Shown here: positions 1 to 6,891 of the stretch, piece after piece | Layout of the letters: every line of letters begins with the position of its first letter | How positions within the stretch are numbered: the stretch's first letter is position 1 | Source: a virus | Taxonomy: Duplodnaviria; Caudoviricetes | IMG/VR virus record: IMGVR_UViG_3300005259_000069 | Coordinates: 1-34,070 of that record | Direction: 5' to 3' (one strand) | DNA length: 34,070 nt | The notes under the pieces: generated by a model | What the model was told of the DNA's origin: nothing | Databases searched by the model: none | The model's input: the letters and a program-made list of their open reading frames with translations, nothing else | Made by a program: the position numbers and the translations under genes

Positions 1-834
1 TGAAAGCTTTTGAAAGACCTTTAATTCCGGATGATCGTGATTGCCGAATATAATCAAATTGGCTCTTGGTCTAAATAATTTAATGTAATTCTTATCTGAC
101 AATGGCTCGTGATCATCCTTTTCTCGAAATAATGAATTCCAAGCACCATGATGGGGAATCTTGAATAAACTGGCGAGAGGGATTTTGCGGTTTACCAAAT
201 GATCATTTGCTGTTACCCACTGTTGAGCCTCGGTATCTCCACCATGAATAAATACAAAATCTCCATATTGAAAAGACAACACCGATGAAATTAAATTGGG
301 ATTAGGGAAACTTGTTTTAGGTGTATGTATGTATTTTTGAAGACTATTGTCAAATGAATTAAGAGATTGCGAAGATGGCGCCAAAAAATTTATTTCGACG
401 CCAGCAATTTGTTGCGCAGCCCAGCGATCAGACATATTTTCATTAGTAAATGATTTATTATTTTTGACAAAATGGAAAAGATCAATCAGAGCCTTTACTT
501 GATTTTTCTTTACATCTTCGTGATATTTTTCCATTTCACTGCGAAAGCCATCAATTTCCGACAGTGCATAAAAAAGAGTCTCTGAAGAAGGAACTGTATG
601 CCAGAAATATTTTGGAGTAGAATGATTTAAAATTCTTATCAAATCAAGAGCATGGTCATAATGAGGATGAGAAAGACAAACAAAAATAACTTTTTTCCCC
701 CCAATAAAATTTATAACATCCATTTGGTGAGGTGCATCAGCTGGATAGGCATCAATAACTCCAATCGTATTATCTGGAAAAGTAATAACAGTTGTTTCGC
801 CAATACCAGAAGCAAAAAAATCAAATTGAATCAT
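1..834 (-). CDS. MBL-fold metallo-hydrolase (ComEC/Rec2-like nuclease), 3' end truncated by the window edge; absent from the ORF track
   Basis: Manual translation from ATG at 834: MIQFDFFASGIGETTVITFPDNTIGVIDAY...CLSHPHYDHAL (HxHxDH)...IHGGDTE...KIPHHGA...FGNHDHPELKVFQKLS. The frame is open at position 1 and the start overlaps the end of the upstream ORF. Confidence 0.85.
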   Translation of the reverse strand, partial: MIQFDFFASGIGETTVITFPDNTIGVIDAYPADAPHQMDVINFIGGKKVIFVCLSHPHYDHALDLIRILNHSTPKYFWHTVPSSETLFYALSEIDGFRSEMEKYHEDVKKNQVKALIDLFHFVKNNKSFTNENMSDRWAAQQIAGVEINFLAPSSQSLNSFDNSLQKYIHTPKTSFPNPNLISSVLSFQYGDFVFIHGGDTEAQQWVTANDHLVNRKIPLASLFKIPHHGAWNSLFREKDDHEPLSDKNYIKLFRPRANLIIFGNHDHPELKVFQKLS

Positions 835-1282
835 TTTTCTTCAAAAGATCATTTAATCGCTGTCGAGTTTCGGAGTCAAATTCAATTGGACGCCTATCGC
901 AATCTTCAGCACTACATAATGGACGATATTGTGTTACCATTTGACAAGTTTTATTTTGACTGTCATAAACTTCCATTTCTATATATTCAAATGGCTGCCC
1001 ATCTCGATTAATTCTGTTTTTTTTCAATAAGTTAGCAGGAACAGCATATTCAATCGGTTCATCATCAACCACAAAATATACAACGGCATTATTGCCATCA
1101 AAATGGTCAAAAAAGCCTTTAAATTTACGGAGAACCTTTTGCTGTAAATTTTTTCTTTCAATACTCGGCAAGGATGAAAAAGAATCATTCCATGTGTAAT
1201 CGGCAGATTTATCTTTTACCGAATAACCATGTAATGTTGCAGTATAATTTTCTTCTGCTGTTGTCATATACTGCGTGCTCAT
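821..1282 (-). CDS. Hypothetical protein (153 aa), middle gene of the AT-rich cassette
   Basis: Overlaps both neighbours (ATGA at 1279-1282), consistent with translational coupling. Confidence 0.75.
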   Translation of the reverse strand: MSTQYMTTAEENYTATLHGYSVKDKSADYTWNDSFSSLPSIERKNLQQKVLRKFKGFFDHFDGNNAVVYFVVDDEPIEYAVPANLLKKNRINRDGQPFEYIEMEVYDSQNKTCQMVTQYRPLCSAEDCDRRPIEFDSETRQRLNDLLKKNDSI

Positions 1283-2034
1283 ATTTTTAGCTCCGCTTTT
1301 ATCGTATCAGTTGATTTTAATGCCTTGTTAAACAAGCCGGCAAAATATTCTTTGTTCCAATTGTTTTCTATTCTAGGAAAGATTGGCTCTGTTTCAAAAG
1401 CTTCTACTGTCAAAATTACACCAAAATTATATTTTTTTCGAGAAATTCTTTCCTGATATTTGTTCAATGCCTTAATCATATCATTTTGACGTTTTGTTGC
1501 AAAGAAAGCAAAAGAATTATCCACCGTTTTGGCTTGAAAACTAATTCCATGTACACAACAATTAAGACCGGAAGTTCCACTCTTAAACCGCAATATAACA
1601 TCTTGCATTAACTTAGGCATTGCAAATTTTTCTGATAATTTATCAAAAACCGGATTATGAATTTTTCTAGTAATTTCAAAAACATCATCTTCCGAATTGA
1701 CAAAATGTACTGAATTTACCTTAACATAGGCTTTTTCCAAACTACGCGGTACGATTTGAGTTATAAAATTTTCTTGCCAAAGGTTGAACTCGCCTAAGAC
1801 AATATTACCCTTATCAGTAGGATCGTTTTGGGTAATAATAAATTTATTGGCTGACACTGTGGCGTTAAGACCATGTTGTTCCTTGACTGCTTGGGCTTTC
1901 TGACCATCAATGGAATTTACAAAATAAGAAAGTTCGCTTTCGGCCCAAGACATAAGCATTCCACAATGGTCCAAATACTGAAACCCGCCAAGAAAGTCAT
2001 AACCACATTCAAAGCTGTGATATGACCAATCCAT
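1279..2034 (-). CDS. Hypothetical protein (251 aa), possibly TIGR04255-like
   Basis: GGAGG RBS at 2041-2045. The N-terminal FECGYDFLGGFQYLDHCG and the alternating beta/alpha pattern resemble TIGR04255-like proteins; family call is tentative. Confidence 0.65.
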   Translation of the reverse strand: MDWSYHSFECGYDFLGGFQYLDHCGMLMSWAESELSYFVNSIDGQKAQAVKEQHGLNATVSANKFIITQNDPTDKGNIVLGEFNLWQENFITQIVPRSLEKAYVKVNSVHFVNSEDDVFEITRKIHNPVFDKLSEKFAMPKLMQDVILRFKSGTSGLNCCVHGISFQAKTVDNSFAFFATKRQNDMIKALNKYQERISRKKYNFGVILTVEAFETEPIFPRIENNWNKEYFAGLFNKALKSTDTIKAELKI

Positions 2035-2151
2035 AAAGTGCCTCCAGATTGGTGTAACATTTAGTTAAAAATGCAATGTATTAAAAGAAAATCAACTTTA
2101 TTTTTAAAATTTATTGACTTTTTTTTCACTGCATTTGTCATGCCAATAGTT

Positions 2152-4473
2152 TTAACGATTCGGACGATGGGCGGTCCGGGCAGTGTGACGCACCGGAGCC
2201 GGACGCGACGACCGGGCAGGCATAACGGAAGACTGTTCGGTGGCGGACGGATCGACCGGACGGAAGACAATGCCCTGGATCGACGCGCCTACCGCACAGC
2301 CGACCGTGCCGTCCCACCAGTGGTTTTCACAGCCGGGACGCAAGGCCCACTCATCCAGCGTGCGTCCGGCACCGGCAGTTTTGCGGGAATATTCCGAAAG
2401 CCAATGATCGTAAAGCAACCGATGTCGATCGGGATCCCGACCGTACACGGTAATGGCACCACGATCGCCGACAGCGGTAAGGATACGCTGGCGAACGAAT
2501 GACTTCCAGTAGTTGGTGTCGTAAAGGACATGACGGATGACACGTTTGCTGCGGACGTTGGGAATCATCCAGTTCAGGCCGATGCGGTCGCCCGGTTGTT
2601 TGCGGTACTGGGTCATCGGCTTCTTGGCGGCGGTGATCCCCACACCCTGGGACGGGATGATGAGCGAGGCGAACTTGGACCGGCGGCAGAAATAATAAAC
2701 GGTATCGGTCGACTCGCCCCAGGCAGAGTCAATCAGGCAACGCTCGATTTTAAGCATGGCGCCGTCTTCCCGCGCCCATTCGCGGGACAGCATATCCGTG
2801 GTCAGCGCATCCAGCGACGCATAAAGCATGGCCTCGAATCCCATGGCCGGGAATGCGCTCTGCATGGTGGGGTTGGCATCTTTCAGGGTAAAATAGCGCC
2901 GGTTCTGATCCGGCCACGCGCCATAGTCAACCACTTCACCATCGAAATTTTCAGACCAGGCCATCACCACATAGTAGAGAAGTCTTTTCTGAACGTCGAT
3001 AAACATGGTCAGCCGGGTAGATTCCACGGGAATTACCGCGCGATCAAAACCATTCAGGCGAGTTTTTAGGATATCGACGGTTAATTTTTCCTCGGCCTCG
3101 GGGTCATCGATCAGCGGCTCGTTCTGGTATTCGGCAAAAAAAGCTTCCTTGTCGCGATAGTACAGATTCATCGCATTCTGCAGCGCGGAAATTTCGTCGG
3201 ATTCATACCGCGCGGCCCAATAAACGTGAGCTCCGGCATCCATGGCCGCGCGGTTGTCCTGATAAAATGCAGTGGCCAGCCGGATGTCTTTATGCATCCG
3301 CAGGCTTTCGTCACGGAGTTCGGAGTAGCGATTCCAAAGTTTCATGTTATCGGGAAATTTATACAGCATTTTGCAGCGTTCGCCATTCCAGTCGGGGTAT
3401 TGCTGCGGATCAAGGATCTGGTCGGCCATGTCACCCGGGCGAATCACCGTGCACGGCATGACCCCGGAAATCTTTTTACCCGGACCGGCCAAACCGAGGA
3501 CCGCGCCGGAGAGAACGCGCATGCGTTTGCGATTCTGCTCGACCGACGCGGCGGATTCGTCATCCTGAGGGTCGTCGATAATCACCAGATCGGGGCGGAC
3601 GGATTTCGCCTGTCCCGGCGGCAGGCACTTCATGCCGCGCACCCGGCCGGTAATACCGGCAACGCGAACGATTTTACCCGATGCCGGGCTGCCCTCAACC
3701 GTAGGCAGGATAATTTCTTTGTCGGTCCAGGTCATGCGGGTGTGTTTGCCCTGGCAGAGTTGCCCGGCACAGCGGTTCGCAATCCCATCCATGGCGGCGA
3801 TCGGAAAACAGATTTCAGGGAAATCGGCGGCCAGCAGTTCGTTGTCACGCAGCGCCGACTTGATCGTCTCCAGCATTTCCTGCGCCGCCGTTTCCGTGGC
3901 GCCGATCAGCGCGATAAAACACCGGTGTCCATAACTGAGCGCCCACAGACAGGCGATTTCCGCCAGGGTGGTTTTGCCGGATCCGCGCGGCATGGCCAAG
4001 GCAAAGAGTCCGCCACGCAACACCGACTGCTCGATCCGGCCGATCGCCTTCAGATGATCGGGCGACCACTCCAATTCAAACAGATCGGGGAAATAGGACT
4101 CGCAGAACAAGCGATAATTATACCGGCAGGCATCCTTTCGCTCCTGGTCGACAACATCGGGCAGCGGTCCGATATCGCGTCCGGACAATGATTGTTCGGA
4201 CTGGCGCTGCGCCGCACGGTCGCGATGGCGATCATAACCGGAACCACCGGCCACCGTCGCCGCAACCGGTACCGGCGCGGCACATTGTTGATCCAGCAGC
4301 CACGCGGCATATTTAAACAGATTGACCGTTTTTCCGGCAGCATCACCGGCAATCTTTAAGCCGGCGGAATCGCGATCGCGACGCAAGGCCGTGGCGGTAA
4401 TAATCTCGCGTCCGCATGCGGTATTAAGCAGCGTGATGATCTCGCGAATTTTTAAGGTTGCCGGATTGATCAT
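2152..4473 (-). CDS. terL: Terminase large subunit, lambda GpA-like, with an extra N-terminal HTH-like domain
   Basis: Walker A ALAMPRGSGKTT, Walker B LVIIDDPQ, nuclease motifs MFIDVQK, LIDSAWG, NHWWDG. Confidence 0.9.
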   Translation of the reverse strand: MINPATLKIREIITLLNTACGREIITATALRRDRDSAGLKIAGDAAGKTVNLFKYAAWLLDQQCAAPVPVAATVAGGSGYDRHRDRAAQRQSEQSLSGRDIGPLPDVVDQERKDACRYNYRLFCESYFPDLFELEWSPDHLKAIGRIEQSVLRGGLFALAMPRGSGKTTLAEIACLWALSYGHRCFIALIGATETAAQEMLETIKSALRDNELLAADFPEICFPIAAMDGIANRCAGQLCQGKHTRMTWTDKEIILPTVEGSPASGKIVRVAGITGRVRGMKCLPPGQAKSVRPDLVIIDDPQDDESAASVEQNRKRMRVLSGAVLGLAGPGKKISGVMPCTVIRPGDMADQILDPQQYPDWNGERCKMLYKFPDNMKLWNRYSELRDESLRMHKDIRLATAFYQDNRAAMDAGAHVYWAARYESDEISALQNAMNLYYRDKEAFFAEYQNEPLIDDPEAEEKLTVDILKTRLNGFDRAVIPVESTRLTMFIDVQKRLLYYVVMAWSENFDGEVVDYGAWPDQNRRYFTLKDANPTMQSAFPAMGFEAMLYASLDALTTDMLSREWAREDGAMLKIERCLIDSAWGESTDTVYYFCRRSKFASLIIPSQGVGITAAKKPMTQYRKQPGDRIGLNWMIPNVRSKRVIRHVLYDTNYWKSFVRQRILTAVGDRGAITVYGRDPDRHRLLYDHWLSEYSRKTAGAGRTLDEWALRPGCENHWWDGTVGCAVGASIQGIVFRPVDPSATEQSSVMPARSSRPAPVRHTARTAHRPNR

Positions 4474-4667
4474 GATCGAGGTTTCAACAGATAAGCAAGG
4501 TATTCAAAAAAGTTAACGGTTCCGTTGGGGTTGCGAGGCAATCCGGCGGCAAACTGGCGCTCAAGCAACGCCATGGAGGCCGTTCGACTGCCGGAACGCT
4601 GGAGCAGCAACACCAGATCGGACGGAGCCAGTGCGGTCAATTTGTAGGACGAACCAGGATCATTCAT
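4470..4667 (-). CDS. Small HTH-like protein, probable terminase small subunit-like
   Basis: 65 aa, coupled to terL by an ATGA overlap. GLPRNPNGTVNFFEYLAYLL resembles the TerL N-terminal GKTVNLFKYAAWLL. Confidence 0.65.
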   Translation of the reverse strand: MNDPGSSYKLTALAPSDLVLLLQRSGSRTASMALLERQFAAGLPRNPNGTVNFFEYLAYLLKPRS

Positions 4668-5871
4668 TTTTCACCTCCGGGGTTAATTTCTGCCAATCGC
4701 AACCGGAGCCATGGACGAACTCAGCCCAGCGGCGACGGATTACGTCACAGTAACGCGGATCAAGTTCCATCAGATAGGCAGTGCGGTTGGTTTGCTCGGC
4801 GGCAATCAGAGTGCTGCCGGATCCGCCAAAAGTGTCAAGGATCATCGCGCCCGGTTGAGAGGAATTTTTCAGCAGATAAACCAGCATCTCGACCGGTTTC
4901 ATCGTGGGATGGTCGGCGTTGCAATGCGGTTTGGCGAACTCCATCACCGTGGTTTGCGAGCGATCGGAATACCAGGAATGGGCGGCGCCATCCTTCCATC
5001 CGTACAAACAGGGCTCATGAATCCACTGGTAATCCTGACGGCCAAGGACCAGCGAATCCTTTTTCCACACCAGACATTGCCGTACCTGGAGCCCGGCGGC
5101 TCGGCAGGCGTTACGAAAGTTGTAACCCTCGGAATCGGCGTGGAATATATAAAAAGACGCACCCGGTTTCATGGTCTTCGCCGCGTTGGTAAATGCCGCG
5201 GCAAGAAAACTGGCGAACGCAGCGTCGTCCATGTTGTCGTTCTGAATCGTCAGGCCGGTACCGCCCTCGTAAGCAACGTTGTAAGGCGGGTCGGTTAACC
5301 ACAGATCCATGCTGCGTTGCCGCGACATTAAAGTCGCAATGTCCGCTTCCTGGGTGGCGTCGCCGCACATCAAGCGATGAGCGCCCAGCATGTACACACA
5401 GCCGCGCCGGCTGTTCGAAACCTCGGGAACCGCCGGGACGGCGTCAGGTTCGGTTCGTCCAGTCTGCAGCGCTTCGCCATTCATAATCCGGGTCAACTCG
5501 GCGTCATCAAAAGCAAGCGTCGAAATATCAAAGCCGCTTGACTGGAGATCGGTCAACTCGGCCAAAAGTTTTTCCATGTCCCATTCCGCCAGCTCGCCAG
5601 TTTTATTGTCGGCAATCCGCAGCGCTCGCACTTGGTCCGGATCCAGATCATCAATCACCTGAACATCAGCTTCGCGCCAGCCCAGTTTTTGAAGCGCCTT
5701 TAATCGCGTGTGACCACTGATAATCACATGATTGACGTCAACGCTGATCAAATTTCGATATTTAAATTGCGTAATGCTCTCTGCCACTGCATCAACCGCG
5801 GCATCGTTTATGCGCGGATTATGTTCATATGGTAAAATTTCGTACAGCGGAAGCGTTATAATTTTAGGCAC
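4660..5871 (-). CDS. ParB-like N-terminal domain fused to an N4/N6 DNA methyltransferase
   Basis: ParB motifs PYEHNPRIN, IISGHTRLKA, RIADNK; MTase motifs TDPPYN, HPTMKP, LDTFGGSGST. AAGGAG RBS before the GTG start. Confidence 0.93.
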   Translation of the reverse strand: MPKIITLPLYEILPYEHNPRINDAAVDAVAESITQFKYRNLISVDVNHVIISGHTRLKALQKLGWREADVQVIDDLDPDQVRALRIADNKTGELAEWDMEKLLAELTDLQSSGFDISTLAFDDAELTRIMNGEALQTGRTEPDAVPAVPEVSNSRRGCVYMLGAHRLMCGDATQEADIATLMSRQRSMDLWLTDPPYNVAYEGGTGLTIQNDNMDDAAFASFLAAAFTNAAKTMKPGASFYIFHADSEGYNFRNACRAAGLQVRQCLVWKKDSLVLGRQDYQWIHEPCLYGWKDGAAHSWYSDRSQTTVMEFAKPHCNADHPTMKPVEMLVYLLKNSSQPGAMILDTFGGSGSTLIAAEQTNRTAYLMELDPRYCDVIRRRWAEFVHGSGCDWQKLTPEVKNE

Positions 5872-5924
5872 GGCTCAAACTCCTTTATTTTTTTTTTTGG
5901 TGTTGAAAGAAAGTGTGTTTGATA

Positions 5925-5975
5925 TTTTGACTACTTCCCCGGTAGTGGGCCGCGATGCCCGGTCCGGGAGGACCC
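5925..5975 (-). other. Putative cos region (cosQ-like GGGTCCT followed by a GC-rich segment)
   Basis: Minus strand reads GGGTCCT CCCGGACCGGGCATCGC GGCCCACTACCGGGGAAGTAGTC. GGGTCCT is the lambda cosQ sequence, and the site lies upstream of the packaging operon. Confidence 0.55.
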
Positions 5976-6081
5976 ACGCATGTCGGATTTTACAACATGT
6001 CGATATTTTCGACACCCCCGCCGTCTTTCATGCCCTAATGGCGCGACATGTCCAACAATGTCCAATGACGCTGTCAAAGTC

Positions 6082-6363
6082 TCACCCATGTCGAACTTCC
6101 TTCCTTTGTGACGTCCACCGAGAGGTCTTCTTGCCGATTCCATATTCCCGGGCGACATTACCCAGTGCTTTGACGACGATGTCTTTGACCTTGCGCCGGG
6201 ACAGGTGCATACTTGCGGCAACGGCGGATACTGATTTACCTTCGGCGAGTGCCATGCAGATGTTCTGCTCGTGTTTTGAAAGATGCGCAATAGCGTTCTT
6301 GAAATCAATCTTTGCTTCCATGGCGGCCGTCGGATTGTATGTTTCTTCGTTATTGAATTCCAT
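6082..6363 (-). CDS. Sigma-70 region 4-like HTH protein (C-terminal half of a split sigma-like factor)
   Basis: IDFKNAIAHLSKHEQNICMALAEGKSVSAVAASMHLSRRKV matches the sigma4 pattern. Has its own GGAGGT RBS. Confidence 0.75.
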   Translation of the reverse strand: MEFNNEETYNPTAAMEAKIDFKNAIAHLSKHEQNICMALAEGKSVSAVAASMHLSRRKVKDIVVKALGNVAREYGIGKKTSRWTSQRKEVRHG

Positions 6364-6375
6364 GTGACCACCTCC

Positions 6376-6666
6376 TCAACTATTATATAGTTTTGATCGA
6401 CTGGCAATTGATCGCTTGATATAGCAACGGATGATGCGGCTGGCTGACTGGCTGATCACCAATGCGGCAAATGTTTTAAATGCGGCGCGACGGCTGTCAA
6501 AGCTGGGCATGGCCTTAACCAGGTCGTAAACCATCTGATCGCGATATTCGGCAAAGTCTCCGGCATTGCGGGTTACCGCCACTACTTTTGCCGCGTTGAC
6601 ATCGGCGCATTGATAGACATATTGCAAATTGGTTTCTAAAATTGAATTGGTCGCAATTTCGCACAT
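6376..6666 (-). CDS. Sigma-70 region 2-like protein (N-terminal half of a split sigma-like factor)
   Basis: EYRDQMVYDLVKAMPSFDSRRAAFKTFAALVI resembles sigma region 2.2-2.3 (FDxxR..F.TFA). The start could be 6666, 6684 or 6738. Confidence 0.7.
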   Translation of the reverse strand: MCEIATNSILETNLQYVYQCADVNAAKVVAVTRNAGDFAEYRDQMVYDLVKAMPSFDSRRAAFKTFAALVISQSASRIIRCYIKRSIASRSKLYNS

Positions 6667-6755
6667 AGACTCACAACCACCCATATTTTTTACAGTAGAG
6701 GGAGAGGTAGTATTTTTGTTACCTTTTAACTTAACCATTTGATTTCACGGCCTTT

Positions 6756-6891
6756 AATGCGTAACAAAAGCTTGTTACCAATTCGTTACTTTTGTTACTC
6801 ATTGAACAGAATTTCTGGACATTCGTGGACATTTTCGGGCGAATTAGTAACACCGTTGTTACGCATTCGTTACCAATTCTGTTACGCATTC
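6756..6891. repeat. Cluster of eight GTTAC/GTAAC repeats; putative replication origin
   Basis: GTAAC at 6761 and 6847; GTTAC at 6774, 6785, 6794, 6858, 6869, 6881; extended unit GTTAC(C/G)(A/C)ATTC. Immediately downstream of the primase-helicase gene. Confidence 0.7.

Noticed and set aside
652-1011. 119-aa + strand ORF
   Set aside because: It lies antisense to the MBL gene and the 153-aa gene, which have motif or coupling support.
2068-2136. Imperfect inverted repeat (AAATGCARTG...CAYTGCATTT) upstream of the AT-rich cassette, considered as an IS end or operator
   Set aside because: The arms are unevenly spaced in very AT-rich DNA and there is no transposase; chance cannot be excluded.
5931-6407. 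158-aa minus-strand ORF, considered as a frameshift partner for the split sigma factor
   Set aside because: It has no sigma-like motifs and runs across the cos-like site; the two sigma halves are already in frame with each other.
6756-6891. Repeat cluster considered as a CRISPR array
   Set aside because: Units are 5-11 bp with no spacers, and there are no cas genes.
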